Positions 32,922 to 43,225 of a stretch of DNA of 64,000 nucleotides are shown one piece after another; within the stretch, counting starts at the first letter, position 1, and each line of letters starts with the position of its first letter. Below the pieces are notes generated by a model, which made no database searches, had not been told where the DNA came from, and saw only the letters and a program-made list of their open reading frames with translations. The stretch spans positions 128,001 to 192,000 of the forward strand of contig OZ223519.1 of the NCBI GenBank assembly GCA_965140785.1, written 5' to 3'. A program made the position numbers and the translations under genes. Origin of the DNA: an uncultured Ruficoccus sp. (GTDB taxonomy: Bacteria; Verrucomicrobiota; Verrucomicrobiia; Opitutales; Cerasicoccaceae).

Positions 32922-33545
32922 TTAGCGGCGCTTGCGTCGCAGCAGACAGGCTGTCCCAGCCAGTAGAGAGAGACCGAGGGCTACCGTCGTCGGCTCCGGG
33001 ACATTTATAACACTGATGGTGCCTGCTTGCGTGATTTCGGTGGTGTCGCCGTCGGCAGGCCCCTCTATCTGTAGCAGATAGAGGGCGACATTATCCAGGC
33101 CTTCCATAAACTGCTGCCTGTATTGGGAGGCCGAGGCGTAACTGCCCGTGACGTTGGGATTGCCCGAGACGCTGAGGGTGCCGGAGCCAAATCCAAAGAG
33201 CGGCGTCCCGCTCAGCTGCATGATCGTGGTGTAGAGGGTGTAGTCCACCTCATTGACGAGGAGGGAACCGTCGTCATAGATTTCCAACTCCCCAAAACCT
33301 CCAAAGCCGGTATAACCCACATTCAGGCCATTGACGATGTCGAACGTAGATTCGTTGCCTAAGAATGGCCCGATCGAGATGGCGAAAGTGTAATCTTCCA
33401 TCTTATCCAGGTTATCGACCTCCATATCGTTGGCGCTGCCACTCCAGTAGAAGGTCTTGTCGGCGGCGTCAATGGTCAGTGTCAGCAAGCCGTGGGCTCC
33501 CTGGCTGATCACGCAGAACAAAAGGGCGAGAAAGAGAGATTTCAT
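32922..33545 (-). CDS. PEP-CTERM sorting-domain protein
   Basis: Signal peptide MKSLFLALLFCVISQGAHG; C-terminal VPEPTT + TM + RRKRR. Confidence 0.9.
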   Translation of the reverse strand: MKSLFLALLFCVISQGAHGLLTLTIDAADKTFYWSGSANDMEVDNLDKMEDYTFAISIGPFLGNESTFDIVNGLNVGYTGFGGFGELEIYDDGSLLVNEVDYTLYTTIMQLSGTPLFGFGSGTLSVSGNPNVTGSYASASQYRQQFMEGLDNVALYLLQIEGPADGDTTEITQAGTISVINVPEPTTVALGLSLLAGTACLLRRKRR

Positions 33546-33719
33546 GGGTTTGAATTGAACTGTGATGTTGTCTGATGAACAAAATAAACCGGTGCACAAC
33601 CCACGCGGGGGCAGCGAAAGTGCTCTACACGATGGCCTGTATGATTGGCAATCGGGAAGTGTCAACCCTTGCTGTCGCCCCCCGCAGGCGCGGCGAGTTC
33701 TTTCTCTGCCTCTCCGCGA

Positions 33720-35057
33720 TCAGGCCGGGGCCGAGGCGTGATTCGGGCGACGACGGCCTTTGCGGTCGGTGTGCTTCCTATTGCGCTTGGGCTTGGAGGA
33801 ACGGTTGTCGTTGCGGAAGCCCCGTCCGCGCTGGCCCGGGCGACCGGAGGACTGGCGGTCTTCACGGCGTTTGCTGGGGTTGCGGTAGCGGATGGCCACC
33901 GGCTCAGCGTGAAAGGGCTGCTCCGAATCCTCCGGGATGCTCTGGCCGATCAGACGCTCGATAGCCATGAGCAGACCGAGCTCTTCACCGCTGCACAGGG
34001 AGACGGCCAGGCCGCTGGCGCCGGCGCGGGCGGTGCGCCCGATGCGGTGTACGTAGCTGTCCGGCTCCATCGGCATGTCGTAGTTGACGACCAGGGTGAT
34101 GTCCTTGACATCGATCCCTCGGGCGGCCACGTCGGTGGCTACGAGCACGCCGATCTCGCCGTTACGGAAGCGGCCCAGCGCCTTCTGGCGGGCGGCCTGG
34201 GTCTTGTTGCCGTGAATGGCGTCCGCCGGGATGCCGTCGCGGGTCAGCTGTGTCGCCAGGCGGTTGGCTCCGTGCTTGGTCTTGGTAAAGATAAGGCGCA
34301 GCTCGGCCGGGTTGCCGTCGGCGTGCTCATTCAGCAGGTGGGTAAGCAGGGCGCGCTTGTTGGCGTGTTCCACGAAGTGCATCCGTTGCTCGACCTTTTC
34401 CGCCGTGGTGGCGGCGGGGGCGATGCGGATCTGCTGCGGGTTTCTCAGCAGGCGCGAGGCCAGCTCGGCGATTTCCTTGGCCATGGTGGCGGAGAACATC
34501 AGCGTCTGGCGCTCCTGCGGCAGCTCCTTGGCGATGCGGCGGATGTCATGGATGAAGCCCATGTCCATCATGTGGTCGGCCTCGTCGAGGACAAAGGTTT
34601 CCACCTCGGAGAGGTCCATGCATCCCTGCTGGTAAAGGTCGAGCAGGCGGCCGGGCGTGGCCACGAGCACGTCGAGGCCTTCCTTGAGGGCGCGCCGCTG
34701 CGGGCTCTGGGCGACGCCGCCATAGGCGAGGCTGACACTCACGCGCATGTACTTGCCATAGGTGCGGAAGCTGTCGGCGATCTGCACGGCCAGCTCGCGG
34801 GTGGGGGCGAGGACCAGCGTGCGCACTTCACGCGGCTTGGGCTTGCGGCGGTCATTGTGCAGGTGCTGCAGGATGGGCAGTGCGAAGGCGGCGGTCTTGC
34901 CGGTGCCAGTTTGGGCGCAGGCGAGCAGGTCGTGGCCTTCCAGCAGCACGGGGATGGCCTGGGCCTGAATCGGCGAGGGCGTGGTGTAGCCTTTTTCGGT
35001 CAACGCACGCTGAAGCGGCGCCGCCAAGGGAAGATCCTTGAAGGAATAATCGGTCAT
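33720..35057 (-). CDS. rhlE: DEAD-box ATP-dependent RNA helicase (RhlE-like)
   Basis: Q motif [44 protein letters not shown]; basic tail. Confidence 0.9.
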   Translation of the reverse strand: MTDYSFKDLPLAAPLQRALTEKGYTTPSPIQAQAIPVLLEGHDLLACAQTGTGKTAAFALPILQHLHNDRRKPKPREVRTLVLAPTRELAVQIADSFRTYGKYMRVSVSLAYGGVAQSPQRRALKEGLDVLVATPGRLLDLYQQGCMDLSEVETFVLDEADHMMDMGFIHDIRRIAKELPQERQTLMFSATMAKEIAELASRLLRNPQQIRIAPAATTAEKVEQRMHFVEHANKRALLTHLLNEHADGNPAELRLIFTKTKHGANRLATQLTRDGIPADAIHGNKTQAARQKALGRFRNGEIGVLVATDVAARGIDVKDITLVVNYDMPMEPDSYVHRIGRTARAGASGLAVSLCSGEELGLLMAIERLIGQSIPEDSEQPFHAEPVAIRYRNPSKRREDRQSSGRPGQRGRGFRNDNRSSKPKRNRKHTDRKGRRRPNHASAPA

Positions 35058-35264
35058 AATCTGTGTGGGCCAGCTTTTAGCCGCTGCGCCATGGGCTCGA
35101 TGAGGATTGCTTGTTGTTGCCCGAAACCAATCGCTCACCGTCTAGACCGAATCAGGGAAGGCGCGCCCGTGAGAGTTTAAACAAACCGGCCCGCCGTAAA
35201 TGTGAAGGCGGATAGGCATCGTATTTCTGGGCATTTGGCAAGCTAATAATTTTCAGCGACTTCG
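34891..35264 (-). repeat. direct repeat copy 1 (rhlE leader + first ~55 codons)
   Basis: Aligns by eye along its length with 39687-40049. Confidence 0.9.
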
Positions 35265-35308
35265 AGCACCGGCATAAAAGTGGCCGGGCTGGTCTCCATC
35301 TTTGGCAT

Positions 35309-35342
35309 AAAAGCCCCGGCTGCGCGTGGCGAGCCGGGGCTT
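35309..35342 (-). terminator. intrinsic terminator after the large PEP-CTERM gene
   Basis: AAGCCCCGGCT...AGCCGGGGCTT with U-tail on -. Confidence 0.75.
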
Positions 35343-35372
35343 GGGTGACGTCGGAAGGTGTTCTGTCCGCGA

Positions 35373-38300
35373 TTAGCAGATATTGCGGGTGCGCCGGCGT
35401 CGCCAGACGACAACCGCAGCTCCGAGCGCCAGGAACAGCGCGGTGACGGAGGGCTCCGGTACCGCCGTGAAGTTGAGGTACACGTCGTCGCCCTGTAGCG
35501 TCACGGCGAAGCTGCCAACGCCCGCGGTGAAGTCATTGCCGAAGGCGTCTTGCGAGGCTTCGATATCACTGAAGACGAGCAGGTCCACGTCGGGGGTCAT
35601 CACGTTGTCGAAGATGAGCCAGGACTGGTTGGTGTCCCAAAACGCATCGGTGAAGTTGACGATGGAGGAGGCGCCGTCGAACGACAGATAGAGCGTCGCC
35701 GACGGGTCGATGGTCAGGAGGCCGCCGGTCACATCCACCCCGTCGAAGTTTGTGCCGCGGGCGCTGGTGCTGTTGGCAACGAACTCGATCTCGACCGTGG
35801 AATTTTCGGCCAGGGTCAACCCATTGGTGAAGGTCAGCACGCCGGGTGAATTACCGGGGGCGAGCAGGCCGTTGACCGTGGTTGCGGCATTGATGATGCC
35901 GGTGCCCATGAGCTGGGCCCCGCTGTTGATCACGAGTGTGCCGCCGAGTGAACCGTTGACCGCGAGTATTCCTTGGTTGATGGAAAACTCGCCGGTGTTG
36001 GTGCTGTTGCCGGTGAGGGTGAGATTCCCGAGGCCGGTTTTGACGAGCTTGCCGGAGCCGGTGAAGCCGCCCGCGAAGCTGGCGTTGAAGCCGTTGGTGT
36101 CGATGGTCGATGTCGTGGCGGTGCGCAGTTCCGGGTTGATACCGGAGGTGACGCTGAGATTGCTATCAATTACACGCAGGGTACCGCCGCCGAAGCGGAA
36201 GTTCGCCTCACCGCTGTTACCGGCTTGGATCCGGTTGTTGCCACCGGCTTCGAGGACGCCTCCGTCGAGGTTATAGGTGCCGGTGCCGCGCTGGCCGATG
36301 ATGAGGTTGCCACCGTCACGGATCGAAACCGTGCCGCCGGTCTGGTTGACGGTGCCCGAGCCGGTCAAGGGCTCGGTATCCTGAACCCCGCCCAGGAGCA
36401 GGTCCGTCCCCTCGGTGAAGATGAGGTCGCCACCACTCATGTTGAGCGTGCCATTACCCGTGCCCCAGCTGCCGGAGCGGCCAAGCGCCATGCCGTTGTC
36501 ACCGCTGATATTGATCGTGCCCGCGATCAGGTTATACACACCGGTGGCCTGATTGCCGATGTGGAAAACACCTTTGTCGGAGAGCTTGTTGACCGTACCG
36601 CCTGTCTGGTTGACCGTGCCGGTGCCAGTCGTGCCAAAGGCACCGACATACATATCCGAACGGATCGTGCCATCAGTTGCGTCCCCCAGGTTGAGGACGC
36701 CGCCGTCAATCTTGAGGACACCGGTATTGGCTCCGCTGTCCTGACTGCCCACGAGGACATCCGAACCGTCGGTGAGGTTCAGGTTGATCGTGCCGTCGGT
36801 GAGGGTGAAGGTCCCGTCGGCCACGCTGAGAACGGAAGGCTCGGCCCCGACCAGCAGGCGGGCCAGGTTCGTTGTGCCCGAGACGTGCTCGATCTCGCCC
36901 TGCTCGACGGCGAGCGCGACAAAGCTCCGGTCCGCGGTGCTCAGGCCGAGGGTGCCGGTGCCCGTCTTGACGAGCCAGCCGTCGCCGTTGATCCCGCCCG
37001 AGAGGGCCGCGTCAAAGCCGTTCGTATCGATGACCGACGGTGTAAAGGCCGGGTAGATGTCGTTATTGACCAGCGTGAAGTCCATCGCGCTGGTCAGGTC
37101 GCTCTCGATGACCTTCATCGTGCCGCCTCCGAGGGTGAAGATGCTGATGCCCGTTCCGGTACGGATGCCGTTGGTACCGCCGATTTCGAGCGTCCCGTCG
37201 TTAAGTGTGTAGGAGCCCGCGCCGGAGCCGAACTTCAGGTAACCGCCATTGGTGATCGAGACGGTACCGCCGGTCTGGGTGATACTGCCGGTGGAGGAGG
37301 TACCGGTGGCGACCGCGACGTTACCGCCGAAGTTCGCGGTCCCTCCGCTCATGTTATATTCGCCGTCACCATTGTAACCGATGGTGGTCGCCGTGTTGGT
37401 GGCGGTAAGCGTGCCGCCGCTTTGGTTGAGCACGCCGGTGGCACCATCAGCGGAGCCAAAGCGCAGGCTGACGGTGTCAAAGGTCAGGTCACCGTCTTGG
37501 AGTTTGTAAGTGCCGATGCCGCCGGAGGTGGTGCCGAACCAGGCCGCGCGGCCCGAGGTGTCGCCCCGGAACTCGACCACGGTACCGGAGCCGATTTGGT
37601 TGATCGTGCCTTGGCCACCTTCACCGATAAAGGATTGCGTGTCCACCTCCTGGATGAATTGGGCGTCATCATAGAGGTTCATGATACCGACACCCCCGGT
37701 GGTTTCGCCGAGGTAGAAGCTGGAGCCGTCCCCCCCGAGGATGAGTTGGGCGTCATTGCGGAGGTTGTAGGTGCCGGAACCGCCGACTACGCCGATCTGC
37801 AACGCCGCGGTGGTCTCGAAATCAACAGTGCCGCCGGTCTGGTTGACAACCCCGGTGGATCCGGTGCCCCAGCCGACGTCGTAGGTGACGTACTGACCCG
37901 TGGCGTACTGGGCACTGGTGATGAGGCCGTCGCTCATGTTGAGCGTGCCGGTGCCGTCGTCCATACCGACTTCCAGGCGGGCGAGGTCGCCGTTGAGCCC
38001 GAGGGTGAGCATGCCGCCGTTAACGTTCAAGACGCCGGTGGAGTCACGACCGACAAAAAGCTGGGAGTAGCCGCTGCCGTTACCGATCAGTTCCAGGCTG
38101 GAGCCGCTCTCAAGCGTCAGGGTGGCAACATTGCCGGACTCCTCGCCGCCGACGAAGACGTCCGGGCTGACGCCATCCTGGGCGACGGTTACGTCGGCCC
38201 CGTCTTGCAGGGTGAGGTCGCCGTCTTCGGCCACAATAATGCCGTAGCGGCCGCCGTAGGTGGGATTGTCCTCGCTGCCGCCGGTGAGGATGGCAGTTGT

Positions 38301-39506
38301 GGAGACATTCGTGTCGCCCCAGGTTTCGATGGCGGCGGCCTGGATCGCGCCGACGCCGGTCAGGTTCATCGTGGCGTCATTTTCCGTGAACAGGTAGCCG
38401 TCGTCATTGAGCGTGAGGGTAGCGCCGGTGGCAACGTCCAGGGTGACGTCGCCGTTGAGGACACCGATGCTGCGGGCGTCGGTGTCAGCGTTGACAGCAG
38501 TGGTAAAGGTAGCCGCATCGGTAAAGACGACGTTCTGCGTGGGGGAGGGGCCTTCGTCGTCGCTCCAGTTGGTGGCGAGGGCGAAGGCCTGAGTGCCGGA
38601 GGTGGCGCCGTCCCAGGTTGAAGCGTCCACGAAGTCGATGACGTCCCCGCTATTGAGGAAATTGACCGCAGCCCAGTCGAGGGTACTGGAGGCCTCTTCG
38701 CCGCCGGACCCGACCCCAAACTGCATGTTCGAGACAGTGCCGCCGGAAATGATGTCGCCGAGCGTGCCCTTACCGTTGAGCACAATGTCGCTCTCCATGA
38801 TCTCTTCCAGGGAGTTGAAGGTGCCCAATGCACCAGAGCCGTAGAAAGCGTTTCCGGCCTGAGCATACACGTACCAGATATTTTCGCCGGTGCCACTGTA
38901 GCTGTAGTTTTCGGTGTAGGACTCGCCCGCCTGGTCGGCGTTCTGATTCCACCCGACGATGATGAGATCCCAACTGCCTTCCCCGGAACGGCTGGCGCTA
39001 TAGCCCTGCTGCGACTCGTCGGTTCCGGTGCCCCAGAGGGAGCTTTGGATGCCGATCTTCAGCGACGGAGGCGAGTAAGACGAGGGGCTGCTCCTGGACA
39101 CAACCGAATAGCCAAAGGTCGCCTCGAAATCCGTGTTGAGCAAGGCGGACACTGCCCCGAAACCGGTCGGGCTGTTGAGCAGGCTGATCGTGCTCTTGGA
39201 GGACGGTCCGCTTTGGTCGAGAAAGACGCCGCCCAGATTACCACGTGTTCCGTAGGTGTTTCCCCAGTATATCTGGTTTTCCACTGCGCTTGGGGCGTTG
39301 GTGGCCTCGGCAGCAGGCGCGTGAGTATCATCGGTGATGATGTTCGTGTTATTGAAACGTACATCGTCGGGTTGCCACCCGTTACCGGGGGAGCCATCAC
39401 CGAAGCTGGTGATCGCCGCGTTGTCTGCATAGGCGTCCCGGGGAATGCCTATCCCCAGGAGGGTAGACAGTAAGAGAGAGAGAAGTATCAGGTTCGATTT
39501 TTTCAT
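35373..39506 (-). CDS. large PEP-CTERM surface protein with autotransporter-associated beta-strand repeats
   Basis: Signal peptide; repeated G.G...QTGGT units, LVKTGTGTL/LVKTGLGNLTLTG, APGNSPG; C-terminal VPEPS + TM + RRRR. Confidence 0.92.
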   Translation of the reverse strand: MKKSNLILLSLLLSTLLGIGIPRDAYADNAAITSFGDGSPGNGWQPDDVRFNNTNIITDDTHAPAAEATNAPSAVENQIYWGNTYGTRGNLGGVFLDQSGPSSKSTISLLNSPTGFGAVSALLNTDFEATFGYSVVSRSSPSSYSPPSLKIGIQSSLWGTGTDESQQGYSASRSGEGSWDLIIVGWNQNADQAGESYTENYSYSGTGENIWYVYAQAGNAFYGSGALGTFNSLEEIMESDIVLNGKGTLGDIISGGTVSNMQFGVGSGGEEASSTLDWAAVNFLNSGDVIDFVDASTWDGATSGTQAFALATNWSDDEGPSPTQNVVFTDAATFTTAVNADTDARSIGVLNGDVTLDVATGATLTLNDDGYLFTENDATMNLTGVGAIQAAAIETWGDTNVSTTAILTGGSEDNPTYGGRYGIIVAEDGDLTLQDGADVTVAQDGVSPDVFVGGEESGNVATLTLESGSSLELIGNGSGYSQLFVGRDSTGVLNVNGGMLTLGLNGDLARLEVGMDDGTGTLNMSDGLITSAQYATGQYVTYDVGWGTGSTGVVNQTGGTVDFETTAALQIGVVGGSGTYNLRNDAQLILGGDGSSFYLGETTGGVGIMNLYDDAQFIQEVDTQSFIGEGGQGTINQIGSGTVVEFRGDTSGRAAWFGTTSGGIGTYKLQDGDLTFDTVSLRFGSADGATGVLNQSGGTLTATNTATTIGYNGDGEYNMSGGTANFGGNVAVATGTSSTGSITQTGGTVSITNGGYLKFGSGAGSYTLNDGTLEIGGTNGIRTGTGISIFTLGGGTMKVIESDLTSAMDFTLVNNDIYPAFTPSVIDTNGFDAALSGGINGDGWLVKTGTGTLGLSTADRSFVALAVEQGEIEHVSGTTNLARLLVGAEPSVLSVADGTFTLTDGTINLNLTDGSDVLVGSQDSGANTGVLKIDGGVLNLGDATDGTIRSDMYVGAFGTTGTGTVNQTGGTVNKLSDKGVFHIGNQATGVYNLIAGTINISGDNGMALGRSGSWGTGNGTLNMSGGDLIFTEGTDLLLGGVQDTEPLTGSGTVNQTGGTVSIRDGGNLIIGQRGTGTYNLDGGVLEAGGNNRIQAGNSGEANFRFGGGTLRVIDSNLSVTSGINPELRTATTSTIDTNGFNASFAGGFTGSGKLVKTGLGNLTLTGNSTNTGEFSINQGILAVNGSLGGTLVINSGAQLMGTGIINAATTVNGLLAPGNSPGVLTFTNGLTLAENSTVEIEFVANSTSARGTNFDGVDVTGGLLTIDPSATLYLSFDGASSIVNFTDAFWDTNQSWLIFDNVMTPDVDLLVFSDIEASQDAFGNDFTAGVGSFAVTLQGDDVYLNFTAVPEPSVTALFLALGAAVVVWRRRRTRNIC

Positions 39507-39619
39507 GTTGAGCACACGTGGTTTCAGCGATTTTTTGGTTCAGGCTACCTAATATTTTCTCTTCAGCTACTGAAGCTCCATTGTCTAAATAGGTATTGAT
39601 AGATATACTTATAAATTTA

Positions 39620-40049
<430 letters not shown>

Positions 40050-40183
40050 GCCGTCGGGCGAGGCGGAAGAAGGGGTAGTTCCTCCCCGCGGGTCGATTGC
40101 GTCTCCCCCCTGTCTTTGCCGACAAGCCGTCCGCGTGGGTACGACAGATCCTTGCCCCGTTCATACGGGGGCGTCAAGGGCCC

Positions 40184-42484
40184 TTAACCCCGGCGGCGGG
40201 CGCGTGCCCGGCGCCACAGGGCGAAGAGCAGAGCGCCTGCGCCAAGGAGGGCGGCGGTCGTACCCGGCTCGGGTACGGCGGAGACATCCAGTCCCAGCCA
40301 CCAGTTCTCGCCCTGGTCCTGCTGCATGACGAACTCGCCCAGCAGCCCCTCGACATCCGAGTTCAGAACAAAGCTGGCCAGCTCATTCTCGGTCAGGTCG
40401 CGCATGGTTTTGATGATGAGAATGACATCGCCGACCTCGACCGAACTGTCCATCGACACGACGGTAATGGTGCGCGAATCCACGTCGTTTTCGGTCATGA
40501 TAAGCTGCTCGCTGACAATCAACTGGTTGGGGTTGGCCGTGCTCAAGGCCAGTTCGATTGTCGTGCCCACTCCCAAGTCAAGCTTGTCGACAGTGAACTG
40601 ACCGACACCATCTTCGCCCAGGCGGATACTGCCCTCGGGGTTGAGCCCCAGGGTGGTGGTAACCCCGGTGTCGCTGGTCAGGCTGCCGTTGACGAACATT
40701 TTGCTCGACGAGTCAAAGCCCTTGGTCGTCACCAGATCGCAATCGATATAGAGCGAGCCGCTCTGAAAATTGGCTCCCGTGGTCAGTGTCTGGTTGCCGC
40801 CGATGAACTTGACGGTCCCGTTTTCCTGGATGTTGATATAGCCATTGGTCTCTGCGCTGCGGTTAAACTCGATGGTGGCTCCGCCGTAAACGACATACTC
40901 GGAACTCGTATCGGTGCCGGTGAACCGCAGCGTCCCCTCCTCGACCTGCGTCAAGCCCGAGTAGGTGTTCGACCCGGAAACGACCAGGGTGCCGGCTCCT
41001 GTCTTGACCAACCCGCCCCGGGCATCGCCGGTCGGGTCGCTCGTGTTGGCGTTCTCGGTGGTCGTCACGCCGGCCCCGCCGAGTCCGGAAACCGTCACCT
41101 CGCTGCTGGCAATTTCGAAGGTAACGTCCGAGCCGAAAAAGATATTCTCGCCCACGCCCAGGCCGTTGCCGCCCGACTGGGTTTCATCCTGGCTGATTCC
41201 GCCCTGGCCGCCGGTGGCTGAGTTGCCCGAAAAGGAGGCCCCTTCGACGATGAGCGTGGCACCGTTCTGGACATAGACCGCACCGCCCGCGCCCATGCCG
41301 CCGCCCCCGTAGGAAGCACCGTCTTCACCGACTTGGTCGGAGGCGTTGCCGGCGCCGAAGCCGCCCGTTCCGGGCGTGACCGTTTGGCCTCCGCCATTGT
41401 AAGAGCCGCCCCCACCGCCCCCGAAGCCGCCGTTGGAGCCGGCGGAATCTCCATCGTCGTTGTTTTGAGTGCCGCCACCGCCGCCATAGCCGCCAACGCC
41501 GCCTAGACCGTTGTTGCTGCCGCCGCCGCCGCCGCCGCCAAAGCCACCGTTACCGCCGACATTCGCTTCAAACCCGTTATCAGTCCCGTCTTCGCCGCCT
41601 ACGCCGCCGCCACCACCGCTGCTGCTGAAACTCGTTAACAAGTTCGGGTTGGAGAGCCCGCCTCCACCGCCGTCGGCCCCACCGATTCCTTTTCCACCAT
41701 CAGCTCCGCCGCCATCTCCACCGCTGTCAGCTCCCAGCATGCTCCCTTGACCGGCTTCGCCGTCGTTGGTGTAGAAATCGCCGCCTTGGGCATTGATACC
41801 GAATCCGCCGCCTCCGCCAGCGTTGTACACGTACGATCCAACTTGCGAATCTTGAAAGTAGTTGCCTATGCCACCATTGCCGCCCATGCCGCCGCCGCCG
41901 CTGCCGGTTCCCACGCTTTCTTGTTCTGTCGTATAGGTCCCACCATTACCGCCGATGGCTGTATTGTTACTGAAAGATACATTCGAGAGCGTGACCTGCG
42001 TCTGTGTGGTAATGTTGCTGCCGCTGATTCCCGGCCCGTTGAGAACCAGGATTGCGCCCCCGGCACCCATGCCGGCCCCGGAATAATTCACGCCGTCGCC
42101 GCCTTTGGCGTAGCCGTTCGTGATGCTGAGATCACTGAAGGTGACGTTCCCTCCAGCGACCACAAAGGCCCGGTCGCGCAGGTTGGTGTCCGTGGGGGCG
42201 ACGTCCATGGTATGGTTATTGCCATTGATCACCAGGTTGACCCCGTCCTGCAGGCTGATGAAGTTGGTCACGCTGGAGGCTGTGGCAGCATTGATGTCGG
42301 CCGTCAGGTTGATGGTGTAGCTCGTTCCGGACGTGGCAGCATTGGCCGTGGTGATGGCGTTTTGAAATTCCTCGTAGGTGCTGACGTTGACGTTCTCCCC
42401 CTCGGCCCGGACGGCCAGCCAGAGGCAGGCAATCGCAAAAGCGATCAAGGTGGATGTGTGGTGGCTGGCGATTTTAAGATTCAT
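40184..42484 (-). CDS. Gly-rich PEP-CTERM surface protein with autotransporter-type repeat
   Basis: Signal peptide; GGxGGFGGGGGG tracts; GGLVKTGAGTLVVSGSNTYSG; VPEPGT + TM + RRARARRR. Confidence 0.92.
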   Translation of the reverse strand: MNLKIASHHTSTLIAFAIACLWLAVRAEGENVNVSTYEEFQNAITTANAATSGTSYTINLTADINAATASSVTNFISLQDGVNLVINGNNHTMDVAPTDTNLRDRAFVVAGGNVTFSDLSITNGYAKGGDGVNYSGAGMGAGGAILVLNGPGISGSNITTQTQVTLSNVSFSNNTAIGGNGGTYTTEQESVGTGSGGGGMGGNGGIGNYFQDSQVGSYVYNAGGGGGFGINAQGGDFYTNDGEAGQGSMLGADSGGDGGGADGGKGIGGADGGGGGLSNPNLLTSFSSSGGGGGVGGEDGTDNGFEANVGGNGGFGGGGGGGSNNGLGGVGGYGGGGGTQNNDDGDSAGSNGGFGGGGGGSYNGGGQTVTPGTGGFGAGNASDQVGEDGASYGGGGMGAGGAVYVQNGATLIVEGASFSGNSATGGQGGISQDETQSGGNGLGVGENIFFGSDVTFEIASSEVTVSGLGGAGVTTTENANTSDPTGDARGGLVKTGAGTLVVSGSNTYSGLTQVEEGTLRFTGTDTSSEYVVYGGATIEFNRSAETNGYINIQENGTVKFIGGNQTLTTGANFQSGSLYIDCDLVTTKGFDSSSKMFVNGSLTSDTGVTTTLGLNPEGSIRLGEDGVGQFTVDKLDLGVGTTIELALSTANPNQLIVSEQLIMTENDVDSRTITVVSMDSSVEVGDVILIIKTMRDLTENELASFVLNSDVEGLLGEFVMQQDQGENWWLGLDVSAVPEPGTTAALLGAGALLFALWRRARARRRG

Positions 42485-42776
42485 TATTGGAAGTGAGTAG
42501 GTGGAAATGGGCCATTGTGCTCTCCGGGCGGCCTCGGATAGGTTTAATCTTAATGCGTTTGTTCTGGTAGGGCCATGATGATTTTAGGTGCGATATTCGT
42601 GTATGATTAAATCGAATTTAACAATACGATAATAAACAAAACAATTAGTTGTCATTAACCCTTCTTGTGGAGTTTTTGCATAAAGAGGAGAGATGAATGT
42701 CCTCGGTCTTGACCACGAAAATTAGCCCAAATCGGGCCAAATGGACGACATGAGCTATTTTTGTCCACGCGGCCTA

Positions 42777-42857
42777 GGCACTGTACACAAACCTTCTCAG
42801 GTCACGTCTTCGTGTCTGTTTGGGTTTGAATTTCGTGTCCTCGGCTCGACAATTGCC
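42777..42857. mobile_element. isolated IS/MITE end (inverted relative to the right end of 46681-46842)
   Basis: CTA|GGCACTGTACACAAACCT...; ~80 bp reverse-complement similarity to 46764-46842. Confidence 0.75.
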
Positions 42858-43032
42858 AACGGCGTACCCGCCGCCACGGGGCGAAGGGTAGGGCGCGGGC
42901 GAGTGTGATCGTCGTGGCCAGTGAGAGCAGCTGTGGCCACGCGAAGCTGGTCAGACTCCGCACCGGCTGGCCACTCCTTCGCCACGCCTTTACTGGAAAA
43001 CGTAGCCGAGCGGATAAGGGCTCAATGCCTGC

Positions 43033-43160
43033 TCATCTAGGCTTGCGCTCGATGAGCCAAGTCGCGGCCCCGACCAGCAAGCCCGGTCCCGGGCCAACCG
43101 TTAACGGCTCCGGGACGTTGATGACGCTGATGGTTCCAGTTTCACTCTGCCTGATGAGGC
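43033..43160 (-). pseudogene. PEP-CTERM C-terminal remnant related to 32922-33545
   Basis: GTISVINVPEP is identical to the 32922 gene, followed by a degraded TM/basic tail; no N-terminal body. Confidence 0.7.
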
Positions 43161-43225
43161 TGGGCGTTTTAAGCGAAGGCATCTGGCGTCTTCTGGCCGA
43201 CGGTCTGGGCTTGTTCATTCGGTTT

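Noticed and set aside
42797..42985. 62-aa ORF next to the IS-like end as a transposase remnant
   Set aside because: No recognisable DDE or HTH motif in the translation.
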